From Methanocella sp. (GTDB lineage Archaea; Thermoproteota; Bathyarchaeia; Bathyarchaeales; Bathycorpusculaceae), in NCBI GenBank assembly GCA_050261115.1, contig JBLNCY010000010.1, forward strand, positions 96,001 through 160,000: a stretch of 64,000 nucleotides of DNA, given 5' to 3'. The translations under genes were made by a program, and so were the position numbers. The notes beneath the pieces are model-generated. The model saw nothing but the letters and a program-made list of their open reading frames with translations. It did not search any database and was not told the DNA's origin. Each line of letters starts with the position of its first letter. The stretch's first letter is position 1. Below, piece after piece: positions 17,485 to 26,815 of the stretch.

Positions 17485-17634
17485 CTACAGGAAGGACTTT
17501 CGGTAGCATTCCTCGTGTCGTAGGGCGGTGCTTTTTCTGGTTGCTACACGTTGGCCTTCTAGGATGGGTTGGTGGCATATCAGGCAGAAGTTTCGACCTT
17601 TCTTTTGGGTTCTTAGAATCAATCTATGATTCAT
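17485..17634 (-). CDS. Putative 49-aa Zn-finger micro-protein (CxxC...HxxC)
   Basis: MNHRLILRTQKKGRNFCLICHQPI...RHEECYRKSFL, from an internal ATG of ORF 17485..17781. Confidence 0.45.
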   Translation of the reverse strand: MNHRLILRTQKKGRNFCLICHQPILEGQRVATRKSTALRHEECYRKSFL

Positions 17635-17874
17635 GACATAGTGATTTATTGCCATCTTACTCACTGAAAAACACCTTCCTCTAGACGAAATAAGAGGGTT
17701 TTTGTCAAGGTTTCTGGACAAAGAGTTAGTCAAGGTTTCTGGACTAACAAAATACACTTCTAAACTATGCTTTTCCACCACGAAGGTAATGCCGAAACCT
17801 CATCTAACCGCATTTTTCCGGCAGTAGCGAATACTTTTTGTCTCATACCCTCCCATATTATACAGAGAATCACG

Positions 17875-18759
17875 ATGCCGTTGATTAGTCCATTTGATCC
17901 CTGGCATTCAGGCCTCTGCACATGCCCACCCAAACTAACCTTTAACCCCTATACCGGCTGCGACCACCAATGCCTCTATTGCTACGCAACCAGTTACATC
18001 CCTAACCACCGAACCCTACGGACAAAGAAGGACATGATAACGGTGTTGCGGCGGCAGATCAGACGGCTTGATGGCGAAATTCTTGCTATGTCCAGCTCGT
18101 CGGATCCCTACCCAACCGTTGAAGCTGATCTTGGATTAACCAGGCAATGCATCAAAGTCATCGCGGAGAGTCGCTGCAGGCTTCAGGTCTTTACCAAATC
18201 CGATTTCGTGGCAAGAGACGTAGACTTACTTGAGCAGATGCCATGCACAGTAGCCCTAACCATAACCACAATAGACGACCAACTCGCCAGCATACTTGAA
18301 CCCAAAGCGCCACCCCCCAGCAAACGCCTAAAAGCGATAGAAGTCCTAACGGTGCACGGTATCCCCGTTATCGTTAGAATTGACCCAATTATCCCCTTCC
18401 TAAACGACGACCCCACCGAGCTACTCAGAGCGTTGGGCGAGCGAGGTGTTAGGCATATTACCAGCTCAACCTACAAAGCAAAAACGGATAATTGGCAGCG
18501 GCTCAAAGAGGCCCTCCCCCAAACCACCGAAAAACTCTACCCACTATACTTTAAGCAAGCTGAAACAGCTGGGGGCAACAGGCTACTCCCACGAGAGCTA
18601 AGGTTTAGTCTCATGAAAAAAGTCAGAGACTTAGCTCAGGCGCAAGGGATGCAGTTCGGCGTATGTCGAGAAGGCCTAACCGAACTAAACACCGCGCCAT
18701 GCGACGGATCGAGGCTAATGCCTAAAGCAAAGGAGGCAGCACAATGCAAACTCGCGTAA
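17875..18759 (+). CDS. Radical SAM protein, spore-photoproduct-lyase-like
   Basis: NPYTGCDHQCLYCYA, SSSSDPYP, FTKS, LEPKAPPPSKRL and RIDPIIP motifs; overlaps dinB. Confidence 0.8.
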   Translation: MPLISPFDPWHSGLCTCPPKLTFNPYTGCDHQCLYCYATSYIPNHRTLRTKKDMITVLRRQIRRLDGEILAMSSSSDPYPTVEADLGLTRQCIKVIAESRCRLQVFTKSDFVARDVDLLEQMPCTVALTITTIDDQLASILEPKAPPPSKRLKAIEVLTVHGIPVIVRIDPIIPFLNDDPTELLRALGERGVRHITSSTYKAKTDNWQRLKEALPQTTEKLYPLYFKQAETAGGNRLLPRELRFSLMKKVRDLAQAQGMQFGVCREGLTELNTAPCDGSRLMPKAKEAAQCKLA

Positions 18760-19847
18760 TCATGCTAGCCGACTTCGACTACTTCTTTGCCCAATGCGAG
18801 GAACTCCGCAACCCCGGCATAAAAGACAAACCCGTCGTCGTCGGCGTCTACTCCGGCCGTACCGAGGAAAGCGGTGCTGTCTCCACAAGCAACTATGTAG
18901 CAAGAAAGTATGGTGTCAAATCGGGTTTGCCGCTGTTTTTGGCCAAGCGGAAGCTTGAGGGCACTGACGCCGTCTTCTTCCCAGTCGACCATCAATACTA
19001 CAGCCAAATAAGCGACCGCATCATGACGATATTCCGCACCTACGCCACTGCGCTTGAACAGGTCAGCATAGACGAAGCCTACCTTGACGTAACTGAGCAG
19101 GTTGAAGGCAGCTTCGAGATAGCCCAAAGCTACGCCCAAAAAATCAAGGCAGACGTGAAAGCCCAAGTTGGAATCTCGATTACCATTGGCGTTGGACCCA
19201 ATAAGCTGATTGCGAAGATCGCCTGCGACAGCCAAAAACCCGACGGCTTAACCATCGTGCGACCTGAAGATGCCCAGGCGTTTCTTGCTCCGATGCCGGT
19301 AGATCGGTTGCTGGGGGTGGGTAAGAAGACGACCGCACGGATGGAGCAGATGGGCATCAAAACCATAGCGGACCTCTCCAAATACGACTGTCAACGCTTA
19401 ATCGAGGTCTTCGGCAAGGCCTTGGGAATCTATTTCCATAACGCCGCCAACGCAATCGACAACGAACAAGTGCGAGAGCAAGGCGAGGCGGAATCCATAA
19501 GCAAAATCGCCACCCTCAAACAGGACACCCACGACTTGGGATTCATTACCCAAAAAACCAACGAACTAATAGACATAGTCTACAAGGAAGTCATCGAAAA
19601 AGGCTACAGCTTCAAAACTATCTCAATCTACACAGTTAACGTGGACCTAAGCAGCAAAACCCGCAGCATAACCCTAGACCAACCCGCTAAAGACAAAGAA
19701 ACAATCTGCCGTAACGTGCGTATGTTGTTTGAGAAGTATCTTTCAGAGTCGCCGCTGGATATTCGGCGGGTTGGCGTTAAGGTTTCGGGGTTCAGTAAAG
19801 AGCCGCCTAAGCAGAAGAGTCTGATGAGCTTTTTTGGGTCAACTTAG
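18744..19847 (+). CDS. dinB: Y-family DNA polymerase IV
   Basis: DFDYFFAQCE, SNYVARKYGVKSG, SIDEAYLD and KPDG motifs; C-terminal PIP-like QKSLMSFF. Confidence 0.95.
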   Translation: MQTRVIMLADFDYFFAQCEELRNPGIKDKPVVVGVYSGRTEESGAVSTSNYVARKYGVKSGLPLFLAKRKLEGTDAVFFPVDHQYYSQISDRIMTIFRTYATALEQVSIDEAYLDVTEQVEGSFEIAQSYAQKIKADVKAQVGISITIGVGPNKLIAKIACDSQKPDGLTIVRPEDAQAFLAPMPVDRLLGVGKKTTARMEQMGIKTIADLSKYDCQRLIEVFGKALGIYFHNAANAIDNEQVREQGEAESISKIATLKQDTHDLGFITQKTNELIDIVYKEVIEKGYSFKTISIYTVNVDLSSKTRSITLDQPAKDKETICRNVRMLFEKYLSESPLDIRRVGVKVSGFSKEPPKQKSLMSFFGST

Positions 19848-19943
19848 CTCTGGTAAATAGGCGTATTTTCTATCCCGGTGCAGTTGCACAGCCCCAGTGC
19901 CAAGAACCAACAAACACCAGACATACACTGCTACCGTCCAGTT

Positions 19944-19984
19944 GCTGAGTCTATATAAGGGCAGAGGGTCTCTGTGAGAGCCAC
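19944..19984 (+). repeat. Dispersed intergenic repeat, copy 2
   Basis: GCTGAGTCTATATAAGGGCAGAGGGTCTCTGTGAGAGCCAC. Confidence 0.65.
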
Positions 19985-20079
19985 AGAAGCAAAATACCTA
20001 CCCTACTGGTAAGATGCAACATTAGATGTCTACAAGAATAATTATCTCGCCAAACACCTATACATAATGGAGAAAAACC

Positions 20080-20670
20080 ATGCAGTCAAACAGCAAAAAT
20101 AGGCTCCCGCCCGACCAAAAGGCCACTGACCACATACTCCGCTGGGGAACCGAACATCCCGGCATAACCAGCACCAACCCACAAATCAACACCCAAACCT
20201 ACACTCTAACAATCGAAGGCGAAGTTAAACACCCCACAACGCTTAGCTGGAACGAATTCTTAGCACTGCCCCAAACCGTTTCAGTAAGCGACTTCCACTG
20301 CGTCGAAGGCTGGAGCGTACTGGACTGCAAATGGGAGGGCGTACGCATTCGCGACATAGAAGCATTGGTAAAGCCCCATGAGGTAGCGCGGGCAGTAACG
20401 TTTGAATGCGCTGACGGCTATACCACATCACTGTATCGAACCGAACTATCCGGCGACGACGTGCTACTCGCGCATAAACTAAACGACGCCCCCTTGGAGG
20501 AGGGTTTGGGGTATCCAGTTAGGCTTGTTGTGCCAAGCAAGTATGCTTACAAAAGTGCGCTCTGGGTGGTAAAGGTGCGGTTTACACGGGGGAAGGAGCT
20601 TGGGTTCTGGGAGCGGCGGGGTTATAGTGACCGTGCGGACGTATGGAAAAACGATCGCTTCAGCCGCTAA
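20080..20670 (+). CDS. Molybdopterin-dependent oxidoreductase (sulfite oxidase/YuiH-like)
   Basis: LPPDQ, DFHCVEGWS, GYPVRLVVP.KYAYKSA.W and GFWERRGY motifs. Confidence 0.85.
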   Translation: MQSNSKNRLPPDQKATDHILRWGTEHPGITSTNPQINTQTYTLTIEGEVKHPTTLSWNEFLALPQTVSVSDFHCVEGWSVLDCKWEGVRIRDIEALVKPHEVARAVTFECADGYTTSLYRTELSGDDVLLAHKLNDAPLEEGLGYPVRLVVPSKYAYKSALWVVKVRFTRGKELGFWERRGYSDRADVWKNDRFSR

Positions 20671-20812
20671 TGATGGGCGTTTCGATTAAATCACAAAGAC
20701 ATGCTCGCAAGGTGTTTTTGAAAGTCAGAAAATGTAATGTTATTGCATATTGGTGAGTAGATAAGGTTTATTAGTTGTCTATGATACTGATGTGAATTCC
20801 AAGGGGTGTAAT

Positions 20813-20929
20813 ATGGTGACCAAGCAGAACTCAAAGGCAAAGAAAGCCGCAGCCAAAGAAAACAGCAAAACGGTGGCCAAGAAACGCAAAGAGGACGCCC
20901 AAAAAGCTCTCTACATAACACGAATCTAA
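20813..20929 (+). CDS. Putative 38-aa Lys/Ala-rich basic micro-protein
   Basis: MVTKQNSKAKKAAAKENSKTVAKKRKEDAQKALYITRI; GGGGTG SD-like element and TTTATTA box upstream. Confidence 0.45.
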   Translation: MVTKQNSKAKKAAAKENSKTVAKKRKEDAQKALYITRI

Positions 20930-21116
20930 ACACAACAAACCACTTTATACATTCAAGTCGGCATTGTTAGGCAATTAGCAAGCACACAACCAATTCTCCT
21001 ATACTTTAACACGGCATTTCTCTTCTTTTAGCGTAGGAACCCCCAAAACCCCGCCTTTCAAGCACAAGGATAATATAGCAAACCTTGATGTTGATAGGCT
21101 GGAAGCGTGCCTCAAA

Positions 21117-22271
21117 GTGAAAAGCAAAGTAAGCAGCCTAGGATACGTCAACCGCATACAAGAAAACATCCTTTCCATAAAAAAGAAAGAGTTAGCCCCC
21201 CTCTATGAGGAGCTCCGAGCCGCAGACTGCGTCATATGCGGAGGCAGCGGACGATCACTTTACTCATTAAACGCCGCCATGAGCCAAATCGCTCTGGCTA
21301 CAGCAGGCTGGCGCAACAAAGTCGTTTTAACACCCGACGACCCAGGCTTCCCTGGAAAAAGCATGTATGAAGCCGCGGCCGATTTAGAGCGCCGGTACAA
21401 AAAAACCGTGCTGCTTATGAACAGCGGTAGCGGTTACAGCGACGATCCCCTTGTCATGGCACAGGATCTAGCGAAGTATATCGAAGACAAAAAATCCACC
21501 CGATTCAGCATGGGTCTATTAACCTCCGCTCCAGACTCTCCTTTAGCGGAAATCACCCAAAAATATGGTCAAGTTGTTCAACTCAAGGGCCGAGGCAAAC
21601 TCAAACCCAGCTTTGAATACTCCGAAACAGGCATGATGGGCGACATATTCGAACTCGGCACACTTGAATTACTAAACAGCATGATAGAAGCTATCTTCCG
21701 CAATCTCGACGTAGACGAAGTCTACCCGCTATGTGTGGAAGAATTCGAAAAGATGGGTGAAATGATCGACAACAACGTAAACAGCGAAACATACGTTAAA
21801 GTCGTTGACTTACTGGAAAAGCGCACCAACATTTTCCTCGGCGGCAAGGGTACCGCAAGCGAAATCGCCAAAATGACCGCCATTCGGCTCTTTCACATCA
21901 AAAGCTTCCTAGGCGACAACGTCTACATCACAAGAGGCGTCAACACACCCCACCCACGCGCAGGCGACCTCGAAATACTTCTCAGCTGCTCAGGAGAAAC
22001 CCGCCCAGTCATCCTCTGGGCAGACGTGCTCAAAAAATTCAACGGCACCGTATTTGCCATCACCAGCAACGAAGACTCTGCCTTAGCCAAAAAAGCCGAC
22101 CTCAAAATCATCCTACCCGAAGAAGCCAAACCAAGTTTCCCAAGACGCTTCTACACCAGAGCCGCATATGTGCTTAGCCCCTTACCAGTAAAGCTGGCAG
22201 AACGCCTAGGCGAGCGAGGATTAAACCTACCCGAATATATCATCAGCTGGTACCACAGCGTCACCCAATAG
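21117..22271 (+). CDS. Tandem SIS-domain protein (two 6-phospho-3-hexuloisomerase-like domains)
   Basis: GSGRS...NSGSG...FE in the N half; GKGTA...SCSGET...ITSNEDSALAKKAD in the C half. Confidence 0.7.
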   Translation: MKSKVSSLGYVNRIQENILSIKKKELAPLYEELRAADCVICGGSGRSLYSLNAAMSQIALATAGWRNKVVLTPDDPGFPGKSMYEAAADLERRYKKTVLLMNSGSGYSDDPLVMAQDLAKYIEDKKSTRFSMGLLTSAPDSPLAEITQKYGQVVQLKGRGKLKPSFEYSETGMMGDIFELGTLELLNSMIEAIFRNLDVDEVYPLCVEEFEKMGEMIDNNVNSETYVKVVDLLEKRTNIFLGGKGTASEIAKMTAIRLFHIKSFLGDNVYITRGVNTPHPRAGDLEILLSCSGETRPVILWADVLKKFNGTVFAITSNEDSALAKKADLKIILPEEAKPSFPRRFYTRAAYVLSPLPVKLAERLGERGLNLPEYIISWYHSVTQ

Positions 22272-22324
22272 GTGAAAGGGAAAAGTCCTAAATAGCCAGC
22301 GCCTAACCTCATAAGCGATGCGGC

Positions 22325-23116
22325 ATGGATCTACTGCAATCCCTAACTTTAGGCTTCATCCAGGGAACCACCGAGTGGCTACCGATTAGCAGCACTGGGC
22401 ACCTCCGAATCGCAGAGCACTTTTTTGGTTTGTCTGTGCCGCTCCTTTTTGATGTTCTGCTACATTTCGGTACCCTGCTTGTAACGTTGATTTTCTTTCG
22501 CAGAGAAGTCATAAACCTCCTAAGAGCGCTCTGGCACCACGATTTTGGTTCCCCCGAGGGTAAACTCGTCTTGCCAATCATCGCTGGTTCAATCCCAACT
22601 GCGCTGATAGCTTTCCTGGCTGGACATAGCCTTGACGCTTACTTTAACACGTTGCCCTTGTTGGCGGCGGGGTTTGTTGCCAGCGGAGTTCTCTTGGTTG
22701 CCTCAAAATGGTCCAAAGACACCAAAGACCACATCAGCCTCCCAGTCGCCTTAGTCATCGGTGTCATGCAGGGACTCTCAATAATACCGTCAATTTCGCG
22801 GAGCGGCATAACTATAGCCGTCATGCTCATCTTAGGCATCAAACGGGAACTGGCGTTCAAGTACTCATTCCTGCTCTCCATACCCGCAGTAGTCGGCGCA
22901 TTAGGTCTCCAACTCTACCAAGAACACGGTGCATTAGCGGTTTCAGGCATCGGCTCCACAGAAATCCTTGCTTCCATGGTGGTTACTGTTGCTGTGAGCT
23001 TCTTTGCCCTAAAAATCCTGCAGAAATCTATAGCTGCAAACAAGTTCTGGCTGTTTAGCATCTACTGCTTTGCAATGGCCACGGCGCTGTTTGTGTTAGC
23101 TTTGTTGGGTTTTTAG
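22325..23116 (+). CDS. uppP: Undecaprenyl-diphosphate phosphatase (BacA/UppP)
   Basis: QGTTEWLPISSTGHL, PSISRSG and YSFLLSIP motifs. Confidence 0.9.
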   Translation: MDLLQSLTLGFIQGTTEWLPISSTGHLRIAEHFFGLSVPLLFDVLLHFGTLLVTLIFFRREVINLLRALWHHDFGSPEGKLVLPIIAGSIPTALIAFLAGHSLDAYFNTLPLLAAGFVASGVLLVASKWSKDTKDHISLPVALVIGVMQGLSIIPSISRSGITIAVMLILGIKRELAFKYSFLLSIPAVVGALGLQLYQEHGALAVSGIGSTEILASMVVTVAVSFFALKILQKSIAANKFWLFSIYCFAMATALFVLALLGF

Positions 23117-24517
23117 CCAAAACGGCTTCCCATCTATGAACGCGGTGAGGGCAACTGCAAAGTCTGCCTGCTCCACATATACCTTCAAGATGTCGGCGTT
23201 AGTTAGGATTTTAGAGTCTGCTAAGACTGCTTTGGCTATGAGGTCTGCTACGCCAGTATCCTTTCCGCCATTCTCGAGCTTTTCTCGGAATAGCTCGGCA
23301 GCGTCTGTGTATTTGCGGGGTAACTCAACAATCCAACGGCCGTCTTCAACGTAGGGGCCGGCTAATACGTTGTTTTGTGTGTATTTGGCAAGGAACTGGT
23401 CGCACTCGGTTTGGCGTTCGAGTGGTGGCCCAAGATGCTTTTTTACGTTGGGTAACTTTGCTTGTTCGAGTTCAAAGGTGAACACGCTAAGGGACTGTTC
23501 ATTGCTCCAGACGGCGTCACGTAGAACCTTAAAATCATATGTTTCTAGCAGGGTGCGCAGGGAGCGTTTGGTGCGGTATAATTGCCCCCAGAACACATCG
23601 GGAACAGCGACTACTTCGCCGACTACCAGAAACAGGAACGATGAGCAACAATGTTCCAATCGGTCCGCAAGCAAGTCCGGCGAGACGGCATGGGCGAGTG
23701 GGGGGTAGAAGAATTCCTGGGTTGGTGTTTTGAGGAATGCGCGTGAGGCCGCGATGAATTCGTAGAGTTTTTGTGTTTGAACCGCGGAGGCTACGTTTCG
23801 GCCTTTATCGACTGGATCAACAATAACTAGCGGCTCAGAAAAGAGAAGCTCAAGTTCTCGTGGGCGTTGGTTATAGAAGTTCTCGGGGTCGATTACTACT
23901 CGTTTGTTGTAGACGGCAAATGCTTCAATTACCTTTTGGAAGGAGCCATAGTGCATGGTGAGTAATTCGCAGAGGTACCCGCTAAATCCGCCGATCTTTA
24001 TTTCTGCGCCATACACACCGATGCCCTGCATGAATTTTTTAAGCAACCTAACTTCGTCACGTAACTCATCTGGAAGGTGGCTTTGGATGTAGTCGGTGTG
24101 ATAGGGTGTGCGATCTGTGGCGCTTTGCCATTCGCCAGGGGCGGTGTCATAGCAGGGTACGATGTCTACACGGAAGCCCTCAACAAAACTTTCCAGATAT
24201 GGGTGCTCAGCAAATCGTTCGGTCTGCTCTGCGTCTCCCGCCGCTTTTTTAGCGATTCTTAATCCGATGGTGCCAAGCTCTTTGCGGGGGATCGAGGTGG
24301 GTAGGCGCATGAATACATCGATGTCTGGGTTTTCGTCTAGGTAAGTGTCTTTTGCAACGGAGCCTTCGACTCGGACGATGGCGTTTATGCCCTCGGCTTG
24401 GACTGCCTCTGCGATTTGCCGCTCTATTCTTTGGCTTATGACGCGGATTTTTTCTCGTGTTTCTGGTTTAGGCTTGATTTTCTGTAGAATCTGTTGGGTT
24501 AATGCGTCAAGAGCCAT
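23096..24517 (-). CDS. cca: CCA-adding enzyme, archaeal class I
   Basis: GSVAKDTYL...DIDVF, AEHPY, DRTPYH, GFSGYLCELL and DPVD motifs. Confidence 0.95.
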   Translation of the reverse strand: MALDALTQQILQKIKPKPETREKIRVISQRIERQIAEAVQAEGINAIVRVEGSVAKDTYLDENPDIDVFMRLPTSIPRKELGTIGLRIAKKAAGDAEQTERFAEHPYLESFVEGFRVDIVPCYDTAPGEWQSATDRTPYHTDYIQSHLPDELRDEVRLLKKFMQGIGVYGAEIKIGGFSGYLCELLTMHYGSFQKVIEAFAVYNKRVVIDPENFYNQRPRELELLFSEPLVIVDPVDKGRNVASAVQTQKLYEFIAASRAFLKTPTQEFFYPPLAHAVSPDLLADRLEHCCSSFLFLVVGEVVAVPDVFWGQLYRTKRSLRTLLETYDFKVLRDAVWSNEQSLSVFTFELEQAKLPNVKKHLGPPLERQTECDQFLAKYTQNNVLAGPYVEDGRWIVELPRKYTDAAELFREKLENGGKDTGVADLIAKAVLADSKILTNADILKVYVEQADFAVALTAFIDGKPFWLKTQQS

Positions 24518-24529
24518 CTTTTTGGCCAG

Positions 24530-25105
24530 CTATGGACAGTACTCTTTGAGGGTTGTGTATGCTGGGCCTTTAGGTGAGAGCTGGCTTCTTTTTAGTTTTA
24601 GGCAGTCGCCGCGGATGTTGCCGAAGTCATAGTTTTCATGGCGCTGCACTAGGTCGACGAGGCGTTGTTTGTTTGCGCCGCTTCGAACTCGGGCAATGGT
24701 TAGGTGGGGTGTGAATCCTTCGGGTTCTGGTTTGAATCCGAGGTCGTGGAGTTGGGGCTCGAGTTGTTCCCAGATGCTTTGAAGTTGGGCTGCGCCGTCG
24801 GTTATGCCTGCCCAAACGACTCGGGGATAGTTTATGGTGGGGAACACTCCGAGTCCTGTTACCTGTATATTGAAGGGTGTAAATTTTACGTTTTTCATGG
24901 CTTCATAGACTTTCTCTACCATCTCAGGGGTGATTTCGCCAAGAAAACGTACAGTAATATGGATGTTTTTTGGTTCGACGAGTTTAACGTCGGCGTTTGT
25001 TTGCATAATCATTTTCTGTGCCGTTGCAATTCGGTTAACGACACTGTCGTTTGATAAGTCGAAAGCTATGAAGCTTCTTATTTTTTCGGACATACTCATC
25101 TTCAA
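24530..25105 (-). CDS. thpR: RNA 2',3'-cyclic phosphodiesterase (2H family)
   Basis: HITVRFLG and PHLTIAR 2H motifs; adjacent to cca. Confidence 0.9.
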   Translation of the reverse strand: MKMSMSEKIRSFIAFDLSNDSVVNRIATAQKMIMQTNADVKLVEPKNIHITVRFLGEITPEMVEKVYEAMKNVKFTPFNIQVTGLGVFPTINYPRVVWAGITDGAAQLQSIWEQLEPQLHDLGFKPEPEGFTPHLTIARVRSGANKQRLVDLVQRHENYDFGNIRGDCLKLKRSQLSPKGPAYTTLKEYCP

Positions 25106-25220
25106 CTGTTTTTAGAACTGAATCGATACATAAATTCTTTTATTAACAGCGATAGAGCGATAATTGATGCTCTGTTGCTTTTCCGTTTTGAACGGTGTAT
25201 ATGGCGGCTGGTTAATGGCT

Positions 25221-25257
25221 GTTGCTCTCACAGAGACTCCCCCTCTTATATATAGAC
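25221..25257 (-). repeat. Dispersed intergenic repeat, copy 3
   Basis: Reverse complement reads GTCTATATATAAGAGGGGGAGTCTCTGTGAGAGCAAC. Confidence 0.7.
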
Positions 25258-25329
25258 AAAACGGGTTTGCTCCTGGTTTTGTGGCTCTTCCCCGACATGA
25301 TTCCGGGTTGGGGGCGGTATTTAGCGTGG

Positions 25330-25710
25330 CTATTTCTTTTTCTTTTTTTTCTCTTCTGCTTTTTCCTGCTGAACGGCTCTGTCAATCTGTAGCGCTAAAC
25401 CTTCAATGAAAAGCTCGATGCGGTCACGTGTGCGTCCAAAATCAGCCATAGACGTGATGGTTGTAACTGGCGTTTCCCCGCTGATTGCTACCCGTGTGGT
25501 CTGTTCATCCACCGGTGAAGCCTCAACGTTTAAGTTTGAGGGATATGCGATGAAGCCCTTCTTTGTTTTAATCTTAATTTTATGCGTGATATCGTCCTTT
25601 TCTAGGATGCTCCACTGCAGGTTTTTGACCACCTCGGGGATCGCCATCCAAACCTTCTGGAGGGGATAGTCTATCTCGATTTTTTCGTTATCTTCACGCA
25701 GGTATGCCAT
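25330..25710 (-). CDS. Hypothetical protein with Lys-rich tail
   Basis: Clean 126-aa ORF with GGTGA SD-like motif upstream. Confidence 0.65.
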   Translation of the reverse strand: MAYLREDNEKIEIDYPLQKVWMAIPEVVKNLQWSILEKDDITHKIKIKTKKGFIAYPSNLNVEASPVDEQTTRVAISGETPVTTITSMADFGRTRDRIELFIEGLALQIDRAVQQEKAEEKKKKKK

Positions 25711-25783
25711 GATAAGTCACCAGCCGATGCTTATGTGGTGTTCCTTTTTATTAAATGCCTAGCCAGCTCCCACAGGCTCGAGA

Positions 25784-26290
25784 TCAGGGGTCCTGAAAGA
25801 TTTGAAACTGCGGTGGCATAAAAGTAAAAACTACAAACGCGGCGGCTAAACTGATTAGCAACACCACCGCGGCCCAGCCTAGCTTTGGGGATAGTTGCCG
25901 GTAGGTTAACAGCTTGTAGCTCAAGAGCTGACCAAGAATCACCGTAATAACAAAGGCGGCTGCATCGACAAAAAGTATGCTGGCGCCGGTTAATGCTGTA
26001 TAGCTATAAGATATTAGTGGAATTAGCAGAACCATGAAGTAGATGCTGGTGGTTTTGGCGAGCCAGAAATTGTTGGCTAACCCTCTAAGCGGCCATATCT
26101 CGATGAGGGCAAAAAAGATCGCGGGCCAGACTACAAGTTTAATGTGTTCTCAGACACTCTCGTTCACCGCTGAGAAGACAGCGACGAATTCGCTGTTGCC
26201 AGAGAGTTCATAGGTGAAATGTAATGTGGAGCCCAAGATTGTGATGAAGAGTATGCCGACTAACTCGTAGAGAAGAATTTTGGTTTTCAA
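25784..26290 (-). pseudogene. DUF6512-like membrane protein interrupted by an in-frame TGA at 26150-26152
   Basis: From TTG at 26290: LGSTLHFTYELSG...FSAVNESV*EHIKLVVWP, in frame with ORF 25784..26035; the family motif is recalled as NESxWEHxKL. Confidence 0.65.
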
Positions 26291-26383
26291 GTAAAAATGT
26301 CCTTTCTTGGATTGCTCTTAAGAATACACAAAAGTAAGGGAATGCAAAAAATAAAAGGATAATGTAGACTTAGCGCAGCAAGG

Positions 26384-26764
26384 TTACATTAGGGATTCTT
26401 TGAGTGCCGCAAAATAGTTGAGAACCTGCTTCATCTGCTCATGCGACATGGCAAGAGTCGACCGCACCGCGTCACGCTGCTTAATCGATGCTGACACCGA
26501 AAGTGTAGCAATCGCGTAATCAAGACTAGTGAAGAGTGACTCCCAGGGTATGTTGACTCGGCGACCCTTGAGGTTGTAGAGGGCAAGTACGTAGGCGCTG
26601 GCGCGGCTAAGGCTATCCTTGAAGGTTTGCATGCTATTGCCTATGGTTGCGGGGTCATAGTCTTGTCCCGAGATAAATCCTGCAATAATCCTATAGTTTT
26701 CGTTCATAACTTGGATTTCTGCAAGTATGTCCTGTTTAATCTTGGCTTCTGTGTCCATTGCCAT
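26384..26764 (-). CDS. Hypothetical helical protein
   Basis: 126-aa ORF with plausible composition. Confidence 0.6.
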   Translation of the reverse strand: MAMDTEAKIKQDILAEIQVMNENYRIIAGFISGQDYDPATIGNSMQTFKDSLSRASAYVLALYNLKGRRVNIPWESLFTSLDYAIATLSVSASIKQRDAVRSTLAMSHEQMKQVLNYFAALKESLM

Positions 26765-26815
26765 CCTGTATCGCTTCCTATTAGGAGTAGACAGGCCGAA
26801 GTAGATAAGACTTCT

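Noticed and set aside
26150-26152. TGA as selenocysteine or a genetic-code change
   Set aside because: The expected residue is Trp rather than Cys, no SECIS-like hairpin was seen, and TGA is used as a stop elsewhere in the window
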